A DNA stretch of 64,000 nt, taken from contig NC_068983.1 of NCBI RefSeq assembly GCF_001194135.2, positions 9,501,804 to 9,565,803 of the forward strand, written 5' to 3'. The position numbers and the translations under genes are program-made. Source of the stretch: Octopus bimaculoides. Its lineage: Eukaryota. A model generated the notes under the pieces. It did no database searches. It saw only the letters and a list, made by a program, of their open reading frames with translations, and was not told the origin of the DNA. Below, piece after piece: positions 26,901 to 40,756 of the stretch; position 1 is the first letter of the stretch, and each line of letters opens with the position of its first letter.

Positions 26901-27461
26901 AATTGCCAAAGCCTAAGACAAAATGCTTTGCAGTGTGCAGTTACGGTCCTTTATAGTCTAAGCTTAAATACTACCGAGATTACCTTTCTTTCATCCACCT
27001 CAAGGCCGACAGAGTAAGGTATCAGTCAAGAAATGCAGTCAAGAAATTTAATCGAATAACCCACTCCCTTCAAATTTGCGACCTTCTATCAAAATCACAA
27101 ACAAATATGAAATGAAATAGACTTAGAAATACAATGATACAGAAGCCCTTTCATGACATCAATGGAGTATAACATCTGAATTTTTTTGTTTTGTTTTTTT
27201 TCATATTATTTTGTTCTTATGTATTCTTACAGCATGGTCTCTATTTTGTTGTGAATATATGTGAATATATGTAAAGCAAAATAAGTATATTGGAACATTT
27301 TGCAATGTTAATAATTCACTATTTCGCAAGCTTTATTTGCTAATATGAATCACAAAGTTGTACATGGATAAAAATGTAAGAAGCTTTTTTTATTACAAAT
27401 CTTTCAGACAGAGAAACAACTAATAGTGTATGTATGTATATGTGTGTATGTCTGTGTACGT

Positions 27462-27519
<58 letters not shown>

Positions 27520-27993
27520 ATACATACATACAAATCCATGTGTGTATATATATANNNNNNNNNNNNNNNNNNNNNNNNNNNNNNNNNNNNNNNNNNNNNN
27601 NNNNNNNNNNNNNNNNNNNNNNNNNNNNNNNNNNNNNNNNNNNNNNNNNNNNNNNNNNNNNNNNNNNNNNNNNNNNNNNNNNNNNNNNNNNNNNNNNNNN
27701 NNNNNNNNNNNNNNNNNNNNNNNNNNNNNNNNNNNNNNNNNNNNNNNNNNNNNNNNNNNNNNNNNNNNNNNNNNNNNNNNNNNNNNNNNNNNNNNNNNNN
27801 NNNNNNNNNNNNNNNNNNNNNNNNNNNNNNNNNNNNNNNNNNNNNNNNNNNNNNNNNNNNNNNNNNNNNNNNNNNNNNNNNNNNNNNNNNNNNNNNNNNN
27901 NNNNNNNNNNNNNNNNNNNNNNNNNNNNNNNNNNNNNNNNNNNNNNNNNNNNNNNNNNNNNNNNNNNNNNNNNNNNNNNNNNNNNNNNNNNNN

Positions 27994-28050
<57 letters not shown>

Positions 28051-28722
28051 TTATGTATGTATGTATGTATATTTATACATGTAGAAACACACATACACAT
28101 ATACAAGAGGCTTGTCTTATCCAATGTTAATTGCATCCACGCGGCCGCATATTGTGATGAACTAAATCTACCAACATTAATACGGATCGTCCGAGCCCAC
28201 CAAAACAGCTGTTGAACTTATAACACGTTTCTTCCAACCCTTCACCTTTCTCTGTCATTTTTACTCTGTGTAAGTTGGACCTATTTATATAAATATCTAA
28301 TATATGTAATATATTTTATTTATATATATATATACATATATTTTATGTATATATATATTTTATGTATATATATTTATCTGCATAATTACATCTCTCTCTA
28401 TATATATACACATGTATATGTATTGTGCCTCTGTGTGTGTATGTGCCTCTGTGTGTGTACGCATATAGTATATGATATATATATATATGTATTTACATTT
28501 TTATGCGATATCAAACCCTATTATGAATGTGCGTTAAATCACCATTCCTTTTGCTAACCAGTTGGTGTTTTGTAATCGTACAATTCTTTCAACGGATTCT
28601 CGTTTATTTCAGTAATTCGACCTTTCTGTCGAAAAGAATGTATTGTTGTAAGGCTTCTTTTAATTAATTTCAACAAATGTACGCATTTCTTCGTTCCGTT
28701 TTGAATTATATGATTTCTGAGG

Positions 28723-28765
<43 letters not shown>

Positions 28766-28898
28766 TGTATGTGTGTGCGTGTGCGCACGCGTGCGTCGCG
28801 TATGTCTGCGTATGCGTGCATGCGCGTGTCTGTACGTGTGTTGTAGTACAAATAGATATATAAGCATGCGTGTGCGTACGTGTATCTACATACATATT

Positions 28899-28960
<62 letters not shown>

Positions 28961-29117
28961 TGTATACATATATATGTATACATGCACACACACACACAAT
29001 TTCCCATGCAAGTATACATATCGATAACATTTAAGTTAATTTTAATCCCAGTATATTGATTTCTCGCGTATCATTCGCTTAAAGCCATTTGTGAGCGTTG
29101 TATGTCTCGTTGTAGTG

Positions 29118-29187
<70 letters not shown>

Positions 29188-29979
29188 GTTGTTGTTGTTG
29201 TTTTTGTTGTTGGATTCACAAGCGTCAGTGATATGATATGTAAATCCTAGATTTACATTCGGTCTTGTCAATACGTGTTGCTTGAAAAAGATGGCTATGA
29301 ATAGCTGCAATCTCCTTTATTACTATCAACATAAAACATCATCTCCCTTATAACATACAAAGAACTGGATTTAGTAAGAAACCGGTATAATTGCATTATA
29401 CTTGTATCGACAAGTATAATTACATAACNNNNNNNNNNNNNNNNNNNNNNNNNNNNNNNNNNNNNNNNNNNNNNNNNNNNNNNNNNNNNNNNNNNNNNNN
29501 NNNNNNNNNNNNNNNNNNNNNNNNNNNNNNNNNNNNNNNNNNNNNNNNNNNNNNNNNNNNNNNNNNNNNNNNNNNNNNNNNNNNNNNNNNNNNNNNNNNN
29601 NNNNNNNNNNNNNNNNNNNNNNNNNNNNNNNNNNNNNNNNNNNNNNNNNNNNNNNNNNNNNNNNNNNNNNNNNNNNNNNNNNNNNNNNNNNNNNNNNNNN
29701 NNNNNNNNNNNNNNNNNNNNNNNNNNNNNNNNNNNNNNNNNNNNNNNNNNNNNNNNNNNNNNNNNNNNNNNNNNNNNNNNNNNNNNNNNNNNNNNNNNNN
29801 NNNTTTCCTTCAGATTCTGGTGTTTTTCACCATATACGTCTGTGTGTGTGCGGTGGTACGTGTGCTTGTGTGTGTGTGTTTGTGTGTGTTTGTGTGTGTG
29901 TATATAGGTATATATGTATGTATAAACACACAAACATATACAGATAGATAGGTAGACAGACAGACAGGTAGATAGATGA

Positions 29980-30022
<43 letters not shown>

Positions 30023-30092
30023 CATACATACATACATACATACATACATAGATACATACATACATACATACATACATAGTAAGATAGATAGC

Positions 30093-30150
<58 letters not shown>

Positions 30151-30718
30151 CTATATAAGATTACATCATACATTGTATATTTAAAAGACACGGAATATCG
30201 ATGGTCTATGCTTATTTATAAAGTGACACATGGCATGTTAAAAAATACCGGTTGGCGAGTCGGGTCGATAGGATGACAAGCCAGTTTGTTGTTATGGCTG
30301 AAACCTCTGCGGCGAATACATATCCATAAGATGTTGTTCTACTTGTTTAAGAACAATTAGAGCGAGCTACTCACTTCATACGACAGGTGTTTTGTAATAC
30401 AACTGTCAGGTTTCTGATTTGGTTCATAATAAACGCATAATGATGGAGTTTCTTTTGCTTAGGCACAAGGCCAGTCGTCTAGGTGTGATGCAGTATCATG
30501 GATGTTCATTTGGGTGTGTATCCGTGTATGCAGATATTGGTGTATAGATGCTGCCATCTTTAAGTATATANNNNNNNNNNTATATATGTATATGTATGTA
30601 TACTTATACAGTCACATATAAACACATATACCTATATGCACACACAAACAGAACTACATACGTGCACGCACGCATACACACAAAAAACACACACACATAC
30701 ACACACAAAAAATATATA

Positions 30719-31600
30719 TTGGATCATACTATAACTAATGCGATTTATTTACACTTATATTTTTCAAAATTAAGATAAACAAAGTTCTTTTTTAATCTAA
30801 AATATACTCTCCTTTTTCTACAATATTCTTGCATCTATCTGGTAGACTTGCAAGGCCTCTCTTCCAAGATTCACTTGTCCGTGACAAAAAATACTCCTCC
30901 AGTACTGTTCTGACCTCGTCTAGAGAATTCATATTTTTTCGTCTAAATGATTTCGATGACTGCAGAATAAATGATAATCAGATAGGGCAATGTCCGGCGA
31001 CTATGGTGGGTGGGGTACTGTTTCCCACTCAAAATGCTCCAGCTTTTGGAATGTCATCCTCGCTGTATGTGACCAAGCATTATCCTGATGGAAGACCATG
31101 TTCGTTTTTCTTCTAGCGCAGGTATCGAGGAATGGTTGAATGACCAAATCCAAGCTTCTCTGCTAGTTCCTCAACGGTTACGTTGGGATTTTCTACTACC
31201 AGGTTTTGAACGATGTCTTTGTCGAGCTCCACAGATTTTCCAGGACGAAGCTCGTCTTCTTGGCTGTAGCCTCCGTTAACACTGAAACCACCGTTAACAC
31301 TGGCTTACGCTTATTGTCCGATCCTCATGCACTGCATTGATATTCCTCGCATTTTCTGTTGCGTTGGTGCCTTTATTGAACTCAGAAAGCAAAATGTACG
31401 GAATATGCTCTTTGTCATTTCCATTATAGCATTGAAAAAATAACTGTTAAAATTGAACTTCACTCTTCAAAACTTGCACTAAGTACAAGGTAAAATTACT
31501 ACATGCTGTTATAGCAAGTTGATGTACGTAGTTTATCCCGTTCCCCTCCGACTTTAGTTCGTGCAATTGAAGAAACTGCATTTTTTATGGGATGACCCAA
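30719..31600 (-). mobile_element. Internally deleted mariner transposon (882 bp), transposase pseudogene 31424->30792
   Basis: TIRs TTGGATCATACTATAACTAATGC / TTGGGTCATCCCATAAAAAATGC with TA flanks. The frameshifted translation contains the HTH region (...VEELAEKLGFGHSTIPRYL), MVFHQDNAWSH, HPP*SPDIALSDYHLF and RGLASLPDRCKNIVEKGEYILD*. Confidence 0.92.
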
Positions 31601-31964
31601 TATATATATATATATATANNNNNNNNNNNNNNNNNNNNNNNNNNNNNNNNNNNNNNNNNNNNNNNNNNNNNNNNNNNNNNNNNNNNNNNNNNNNNNNNNN
31701 NNNNNNNNNNNNNNNNNNNNNNNNNNNNNNNNNNNNNNNNNNNNNNNNNNNNNNNNNNNNNNNNNNNNNNNNNNNNNNNNNNNNNNNNNNNNNNNNNNNN
31801 NNNNNNNNNNNNNNNNNNNNNNNNNNNNNNNNNNNNNNNNNNNNNNNNNNNNNNNNNNNNNNNNNNNNNNNNNNNNNNNNNNNNNNNNNNNNNNNNNNNN
31901 NNNNNNNNNNNNNNNNNNNNNNNNNNNNNNNNNNNNNNNNNNNNNNNNNNNNNNNNNNNNNNNN

Positions 31965-32002
<38 letters not shown>

Positions 32003-32267
32003 TGGTGTGTGTATATGTGTTGGTCTATGTATGTCGATTTGATGGGTGGAGTGCTCTAATGTGCAAACATTTGATCACTATAAACAAATCATCTGTGCAG
32101 ATTGTTCAGCAAGAAATTAGAGAAACGGCGTTCTCGGACCCTAGAAACTACTAAAATTATGTGTAGATATTGCACGTGTACATATTATACATAAATACTT
32201 CAAGATGAACGTGTATGGAAATGTATGTAGATAATTGTATGAATAATTGTAGAGGCTAATATGAGCA

Positions 32268-32845
32268 TGATATTCTTTTCTACTCTAGGCACAAGGCCCG
32301 AAATTTGGGGGGAGGTGGCCAGTCGATTAGATCGACACCAGTATGCAACTGGTACATTATTTATTGACTCCGAAAGGATGAAAGGCAAAGTTTACCTTGG
32401 CGGAATTTGAACTCAGAACGTAAAGACGAAATACCTATTTCGTTATTGCCCACAAGGGGCTAAACATAGAGGGAACAAACAAGAACAGACGAACGGATTA
32501 AGTCGATTACATCGACCCCAGTGCGTAACTGGTACTTAATTTATCGACCCCGAAAGGATGAAAGGCAAAGTCGACGAGACGAAATACCGCTAAGCATTTC
32601 ACCCGGCGTAGTAATGTTTCTTATTTCTTTATTGCCCACAAGGGGGGGGGCTAAACATCGAGGGGGCTAAACATAGAGGAGGCACACCTATGACAGACAA
32701 AGAGATTAAGTCGATTACATCGACCCCGAAAGGATGAAAAGCAAAGTTGACCTCGGCAGAAATTGAACTCAGAACTTAGCGGCAGACGAAATACCGCTAC
32801 GCATTTCGCCGGGCTCGCTAACGATTCTGCCAGCTCGCTGCTTTA
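32268..32845 (-). mobile_element. Nested cluster: an A-tail OK-like SINE carrying two B-tail insertions in its head
   Basis: B copy 32436-32576 is flanked by the 12-bp duplication AGACGAAATACC (32424-32435, 32577-32588). A second B copy starts at about 32622, right after GTAATGTTTCT. Confidence 0.85.
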
Positions 32846-34422
32846 AATATGAGCATAAATATTGCTACGATTAATAACACCTGTTGGTATGGGTGTACTA
32901 CTATTACATCTCTACCAGTCTGCATTTACCTAAAATATTCACATCCCCACCTCCTACCACTTTTCGTTTTTTGGTTCTTTAGTTCTGCTTCACTTGATGT
33001 ACAAAATATTCATAATCTCGAGTATATCAATAATTTCTAATTGTCTTGCCTTTATGTCTATTGATAAATGTAATTATTAAATTTTTTTTTTTTTATAACA
33101 AATGTTTTATAACAATTTTTTTGTTACCAATATTTAAACTACGCATTTTATTCGGTTTTTGCAATTAAATTAATAATTAATAAGAATAGCCGTCTGTGTA
33201 TCGTATGTAATATGAATACATATTCAATAAGCCAGTTACTGCTGTGTTCGTCCTGTGATAACATCATTCTTTATGAACTTGCTGTGTTAAAAACTAAACA
33301 TAGAGAGAGAGACGAAAATTCGTCCCAGCAACAGCACTCGTGAGCATTAGATGCAATTCAGCCTCCGGGGATTTTTCAGTGTCGTGTGTGAACGCGCAGC
33401 CAGCCATAAGCTCGAACTACAACTCGTAGTCCCCGATATGGGAAAGAATCAATAAAACACTCATTGGTTAATTATTTCCAACATCTGTGAATATTTTATT
33501 CACTTTTTCTATTATTGCAATTATTGCAGTAATTATCTCAGTACCAATACTGCAGTAACTGGCCTATCTACAGTATGTATCTAATATCTACAGTATGTAT
33601 CTAATATGATACACAGATGGTTATTTTACGCATTTCATTATTGTCATTGGTGCATATTTTTGTTGAGTTCGTATCGTAAAAGTGAAGATAACATATAAAC
33701 GTCCACTGTTGGACATAATCTCTGTTCATACCTGAACGTTTTCGGCGTATCACTAACTCGTTAACATTTTTACAATACCTTCACTTTAACCGGGAGCTTT
33801 TTCCGCCTTAATATTTATTTCATGTAGCTGAACAGAATCGCCAAACAGATAATTGAACTCAAGACCTTTCGCACAACAGACCACTAGATTTTTTGTCGTA
33901 CGATGTGAAGAACATAGGTTGTGAATAACTCTGGAAAATATTTCAGAAACTTGGCATTTCACCAAAATTCCTTACCGACATCGGCCATCGTCATGACATC
34001 ATGTGTTCAGTGCTATCAAGCGGCTCAGCATCACCATGATTTGAGATAAAAACTGATGCGAAGCAAGCGAACGTTCTTGCACATACCATTTTTGTCATAT
34101 ACTTCTTTGCTGTTCGTCTTCACTGCTATAGATAAAAATGAAATCTCTCCTCGTGTAGAGACATGGAACTTGGTAAGATCAAAGCATTTTCAATTGAAGC
34201 TTAAAACATCAACGAGCATCATTTCAGAAATGTAACGTGCGGAAGACAATGTTGTATCCAGTGGTGACTAAATCTGTCTCCCACAAATGACTGAACCTTC
34301 TTTCTCAGCACATAATGCATACTGCCAAACGGTTAATGTCCAGGAAGAATACATATACAAACCTCTTAAACATAGCGTCGACCAAAACCTAAGAAGATAG
34401 ATTGACAGAAACTGTATAGAAG

Positions 34423-34642
34423 GCGGTGAGCTGGCAGAAACCTTAGTACGCTGGGCGAAATGCTTAGCGGTATTTCGTCTGCCTCTACGTTCTGAGTTTA
34501 AATTCCGCCGAGGTCGACTTTGCCTTTCATCCTTTCGGGGTCGATAAATTAAGTACCAGTTACGCACTGGGGTCGATGCAATCGACTTAATCCCTATGTC
34601 TGTTCCCTCTATGTTTAGCACCTTGCGGGAAATAAAGAAATA
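34423..34642 (+). mobile_element. Full-length OK-like SINE (B-tail) with 16-bp TSD
   Basis: TSD AGAAACTGTATAGAAG (34407-34422) versus AGAAATTGTACAGAAG (34643-34658); head, body and AATAAAGAAATA tail are all present. Confidence 0.9.
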
Positions 34643-35208
34643 AGAAATTGTACAGAAGATCGTTGGATGTATGGTAAATGTAATACCACAGTCCAGCTTT
34701 CATCATCTTCATTCTACTCGAGAACGTGTGTGTGCGCATGCGTCAATGCATGCGTTTGTGTTCTTTTTTTCGTGTGTGTTCTTCTGTAATTAATTTAAAA
34801 CTAAATATTGTACAACTCTACGTAGTTGCAGACACGTTACTTGCACAAAATTTCACCACCTGTTGATCGCAGTAGCGTGAAACTCGAATCATGCGATAAA
34901 CATTTTCTTCATGCAAACCTTATAATCTACGACATGTTCTTCATATTACTTCCCCTCCTTTGTGTAATACAATTCAATGTCTAATAGCTAAATATATACA
35001 TATGTACATGTGCGTGTGTATGTGTATTTGTATGGTGAGAGGTAGGCCGATAGTTGGATGAACAAAATAGCTAGTTTAACATATTACGTAATTATGCTTG
35101 CAGCCATCCATTCAACCTCCCACTCATAATAACAAAACATAATGCATATAAGTATGCAAAACCTGTTTGTTACAGCATCACATTCGCTTGTGAATATATG
35201 CACATTTA

Positions 35209-35250
<42 letters not shown>

Positions 35251-35832
35251 TATATATNNNNNNNNNNNNNNNNNNNNNNNNNNNNNNNNNNNNNNNNNNN
35301 NNNNNNNNNNNNNNNNNNNNNNNNNNNNNNNNNNNNNNNNNNNNNNNNNNNNNNNNNNNNNNNNNNNNNNNNNNNNNNNNNNNNNNNNNNNNNNNNNNNN
35401 NNNNNNNNNNNNNNNNNNNNNNNNNNNNNNNNNNNNNNNNNNNNNNNNNNNNNNNNNNNNNNNNNNNNNNNNNNNNNNNNNNNNNNNNNNNNNNNNNNNN
35501 NNNNNNNNNNNNNNNNNNNNNNNNNNNNNNNNNNNNNNNNNNNNNNNNNNNNNNNNNNNNNNNNNNNNNNNNNNNNNNNNNNNNNNNNNNNNNNNNNNNN
35601 NNNNNNNNNNNNNNNNNNNNNNNNNNNNNNNNNNNNNNNNNNNNNNNNNNNNNNNNNNNNNNNNNNNNNNNNNNNNNNNNNNNNNNNNNNNNNNNNNNNN
35701 NNNNNNNNNNNNNNNNNNNNNNNNNNNNNNNNNNNNNNNNNNNNNNNNNNNNNNNNNNNNNNNNNNNNNNNNNNNNNNNNNNNNNNNNNNNNNNNNNNNN
35801 NNNNNNNNNNNNNNNNNNNNNNNNNNNNNNNN

Positions 35833-35883
<51 letters not shown>

Positions 35884-36381
35884 TATGAGCTGCTTATCTC
35901 TCACATGTGAATGAATTATTTATCAGTAAAATAACATTATTCTCTCTATGCATTCTAATCTTATTCATATTCGAACAACACAGGCACAGGATACATGAGA
36001 TATTTACACTTATCTCGATTATTATTACTTTTTTTTCGATTTTCCATGTTTTCATGTTTGCTATTTTCGACCAGTCTATATATTACACAAGTTTAATTAT
36101 CCGGTGTGAAAATGAAATATTGTAACAGACAACCATAATACACCAAAAGAAATAATCTTAACGTAATAACTTTTCTTAAGAAAATATGTAGATATAATTT
36201 TCGTCTCTTACATTTAGTTTTGTTTACATTTAGTTTTTTTTTTTTATATATTTTTTCTTGGATATCTATTTATTATTTCTGGTCAATAATATGAGACGTG
36301 ACTAGAGCTTATTTATGTATGTGGATGCATATTATATAAATGTATATGTGTATGTATATGTATATGTCTGTAAGTATATAC

Positions 36382-36423
<42 letters not shown>

Positions 36424-36564
36424 NNNNNNNNNNTATATATATATATATATATATATATACCTAGTTAAACTAAGAAAACATTTGTTAAAACCTTTCCTTC
36501 CCGAGTTGCCTTCTTTCTGTGCTCATATATACATGCATATACATATATCTATATCTTTATTTCC

Positions 36565-36775
36565 CATGGCTCCGAGTTCCGAACCACTACGTGTCACCTT
36601 AGGCAAGTATCTTCTACTATAGCCTCGGGCCGACCACAGCCTTGTGAGGTGGATTTGGTAGAAGGAAACTGAAAGAAACCGTCGTATATAAATGTATATA
36701 TCTATACGTGCGTGTCTGTGTTTGTCTCCCCCACCCACCAAAAATATAACTACTAGGCTTAAAAAATAAGTCCTA
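36565..36775 (+). mobile_element. CORE-type SINE, internally deleted
   Basis: CACCTTAGGCAAGTATCTTCTACTATAGCCTCGGGCCGACC...GGAAACTGAAAGAAACCGTCG...CTAGGCTTAAAAAATAAGTCC. Confidence 0.8.
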
Positions 36776-37369
36776 CCGATGTAACGGGAAACGTACAAAA
36801 TGTCCAAGCGTTCATTCGCAATTAAACACTTGACAGAAAACATTAAGAGCATTGATTGTTTGATACTATCACTACACATTTCCAGTCAACAAGTCGCCCT
36901 TAACTTACGACACCAAAGGTTGTTACTTGATACTAACACGGACGTCATGTGACTATCCTCTATCAATCAAATCCTATTTCAAACATATACTAATCTGAGC
37001 CATGAACTGCCTATGAAAATAGAGCAAGATTCAAATACTAGTCAGAAGAAAGGCAGCTGCGACATAAGCAACGGCATTTTATTTTAACTTTTTGAAAACT
37101 ACTTATAAACTGTGAAAACGGTTATATCTTTAAATATAATTAAAAAAACATCTTAACTATTCTCTGTACATTTTCAACTTCTATTTTTCCTATACACATA
37201 CATTTACAAATACATACATTCATATATATACATATAATCTTACGTTGACATGCATTCGGATTCATTCGTACACACAAAGAAACACAGCGGAGTGCAATTA
37301 CTGAGATACACATAATTGTATATAACCGAATCTACTAAAAAACTGTATCTACTAAAAAACACCTGAGCC

Positions 37370-37690
37370 GATGTTTGGTGTTGCTGTTTCAATGCCTTTG
37401 TCTTTAAATTCCTTTGGAACTACAATATTGGTGCCATAATCCTTATCTTTTATTCTTGATTGTTGGATGCGCTCTTCTTGATATCTTTACAGTTAAAGAC
37501 TACTGTCTCACATCCGTTGTACAATATCGTCGGAACATTGACAACATGAGATTTGTTTCTGAAGACACTGTGGGAAAGTCTTCGAGAAACAATATGACCA
37601 GATTCAAGAGTCCTTCGTCGATGTAATGCTTAATATCGACTGCAGTAGAGGGGAAAATGTACTGGAGCAAGTAAACTATTTTGTTTCATC
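37370..37690 (-). mobile_element. Old RTE-clade LINE remnant (post-RT region)
   Basis: The frameshifted minus-strand translation ...VYLLQYIFPSTAVD... / RRLSHSVFRNKSHVVNVPTILYNGCETVVFNCKDIKK / IKDKDYGTNIVV resembles the RTE motifs F.YLGS, RL...VW, VVPTLLYGCETW and W.D.V.N.EV. Confidence 0.55.
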
Positions 37691-39396
37691 ACATGAATGA
37701 TTAGAAATTTAACAATTTGTTTTTCTTGTGAGTTATTTCTCTAGCCCTGCTATTGTGGATATGTTGTTCCAGAAATTCAAATTAGTGAGGGCAGTCTAAC
37801 AATTTTAGGAGCCTTCACATGGCGTTTTTTATGGCGTAGAACACTAGAAGAGGTTTGGGTTTTCCCTAATCTTACCCTGTAGCTATCTTGTACAGAATAT
37901 CACGTAGCTTATTCCTCTGACACCTCGAAGTCACACTGTGACTCAGACAGAATCTGCTGAAAGGCGGCATGCATACATTTGAGCTTGGTTCTGGCCAAAA
38001 TTTTATTAGCGACGGAAAGTATGGTCGACACAGATACTATAATCTCTTTTCTATGTAGATAGATACGATCATCGCATTTTTCAGATCAGTACCAGGGAAA
38101 GACTTTGAAGAAAATGATCATCAATTTGATATCTAGAAAGAACAAAGTGTAAATCACTAACTTTGGCGTCGAACTATATCAACAGCTGCAAAAATGCCGA
38201 AAAAGAACATCGCTGAAGCTAGATGAACAAACGACAAAGACGGAAAATACGCCATCTCCGCCAATTCAACCGCCATCTATCAAGTACAATTTGTATGTTG
38301 TATGTTCCACGCAAGTATTGGATTTCTTAATGACCAGAAATACTGACAAGACAAATAAGACTGGGAAACAAGAAAAATAAAAGAAACTGACGACAAGGAT
38401 GATGTTCAAAAGCAATGATTGTCGGGCCAAAACATCACTCGTAATTCACACACATACACACACACACATAGGAACGCTTGGACACACATATGTGCATGTG
38501 TGTATCACAAATGAGTAGATAACATATATATATGTATACATATATATATATATATAGGCAAGAACGTGCACACTTACGTAAACATGCACACATAGTTCAA
38601 CACACACACGTATGTGCACGTATGTTTATGTGTGTGTGTGTGTGCTTGTAGTATAAATTAGATATTATATATAGTTAAACAGACTATGAATTGGGTGTAG
38701 ATGGTTCATGACTTGGATGTGTGTGGTTCAATCGCAATAAACGTCTTTCAAATTTAGTACCAAATATCTGACGAAAACGTAGAGTTTTATATTCTGAAGC
38801 CATCGCAATGAGACTTAATATAAGAATGCATACGCACATGAACACACACACTCACATACATATATAGCTATATATTTACCTACATATTCAATTACATGTG
38901 TACGATGTAGATGTTAATACACATGTATTTCTATTACCTACATGTGTATATATATATGAATGTGGTTTGTTATTTCAATATTCAATCATTTTTCATTTCT
39001 TTATTCAGATATTAGTAATTCGTATTGTTTTCTGTTCTTTTTTATCATTTACTTTTTTCTTTTCTTTTCTGTTGTTATTGTTGCTTAAGAAGTACATCTT
39101 ACCGTTTTGCTTTGATTTTTCTTTTTTTTTTCTTTTTTTTTTTTGATAATTATTCTTAATAATTTTCCATGAAGATTGTCCATTTTGATTTCCATATACA
39201 TATATATATATATACATACATGTATGCATTTATACGGTGGTTTTTTAGCTTTGTAAGTTAAGCTCTAGTTGCGTGATAATGCATAAGAGAATGTCGACAT
39301 AACGACAAAGAATGATATCAGTAAATAAGTATATATTCATATAGGTATGGATGTATATGTCTACACGCACATATGCATATGTATGTATGCATATGC

Positions 39397-39427
<31 letters not shown>

Positions 39428-39781
39428 GGCACGTATACTCTTATATTATATAGTGAGGTGCGTATATATATATATATATATATATANNNNNNNNNNNNNN
39501 NNNNNNNNNNNNNNNNNNNNNNNNNNNNNNNNNNNNNNNNNNNNNNNNNNNNNNNNNNNNNNNNNNNNNNNNNNNNNNNNNNNNNNNNNNNNNNNNNNNN
39601 NNNNNNNNNNNNNNNNNNNNNNNNNNNNNNNNNNNNNNNNNNNNNNNNNNNNNNNNNNNNNNNNNNNNNNNNNNNNNNNNNNNNNNNNNATATATATAAG
39701 AAAGAAATTTTGTGGTTGTACTCTTTATTATTATTAATAACACATCTATAGATAGATAAATACATGTATACATACATACAT

Positions 39782-40590
39782 GGGGAAGAATTCACAAAAA
39801 ACAAATGACAAAGACAGGTGGTGTAGAAAACAAACAGATGTATTAGTATAACGCTCGGGAAGTGAAAAAGTTTTTAACGTTTCGAGCCTATGCTCTTCCA
39901 CAGAAAGGAACACAGTAAGAAACAAGGAGAGAAAATAGGGAATGTGCAGTGGCTAGCGATCTATCATGGCGAAGGCCGGACAGAAGAGTCACACAGGAGA
40001 GCTATGAAGAAGGGGAGATAATAAAGTAGTGGTGATCTCAAAACGAAGTTGCGCGAGCTTGTGTATGTACGTGTGGAAGAGGGCTGGTGACATTGACGTG
40101 TGCGTGTGTGCATGTGTAGGTGTGTGGGTGATGGAGTGGGGCTGAGAAGTGGTCAGTGCTAGTGCGTGCATGGTGGTGTGATGTGATGTGGTGTTCTGAG
40201 GTATCGTGGTGTATGTTGTGGTGGTGTTGGGATGTGGGGGAGTCTAGAGTGGGGAAGCAAGGATGGGGTGTGGGTTAGGCTGAGGTTGGGGTTAGAGGTG
40301 GGTATGTGGGAGTGGGTGTCAGGAATGGGATGGATAGGGAAGGTGAGATTGGATTGGGTAGGGGTGAGGTTACGAGGGATGGGTGATGATGAAGTGAGAG
40401 GGGGAGGGGAGGTAGTGAAGAGGAGAGAGGAGAGTAGGAGTGAAGAGAAGAAGTAGGAGTCGGAGCAAGAGAGGAGAGGCGGATGGGAGGAAGTAGGTGT
40501 GAGAGGAAGAGAGGAGAGGGAAGGAGGGTTAGTTAAAGAGGGGAGGAGATTGAGCCCATGTGGCGCAAAGGAGCGAAGAGAGAAGATTAC
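39782..40590 (-). mobile_element. Penelope-like element 3' end (GIY-YIG C-terminus plus pseudo-LTR)
   Basis: Minus-strand [13 protein letters not shown] (~40545-40590) fits the PLE LIF.L.TL.P.GLN ending. It is followed by a pyrimidine-rich tract and a hammerhead-like motif; the terminal ~130 bp is homologous to 47790-47915. Confidence 0.7.
39871..39908 (-). ncRNA. Minimal type-I hammerhead-like motif (core CUGUGGA, A6U variant)
   Basis: Reverse complement: cttt-CTGTGGA-a-gagc-atag-gctc-GAAA-c-gtt-aaaa. Stem II is GAGC/GCTC, the palindromic stem III is AACGTT, and stem I is weak (ttt/aaa). Confidence 0.6.
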
Positions 40591-40756
40591 ATACATACAT
40601 ACATACATGTGCGTGCGTGCTTGTGCGCGGCTGGATAGATTGGATGGATGGATGGATGGATGGATGGATGGATGGATGGATGGATGGATGGATGGATGGA
40701 TGGATGGATATCTGTGGCACACACATACATACACGCTCGCCAAGTAATATACATTA

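Noticed and set aside
33400-33445. GAACTACAACTCGTAG resembling the ACTACAnnTCCCA (ZNF143/THAP11-type) promoter motif in a mildly CpG-rich patch
   Set aside because: Only half of the motif matches and there is no other promoter evidence.
37513-37680. IDEGLLNLVILFLEDFP looked like a TIR-domain beta-D segment with flanking splice sites
   Set aside because: The neighbouring frame gives RTE LINE motifs (PTILYNGCET), which explain the region better; no other TIR boxes are in register.
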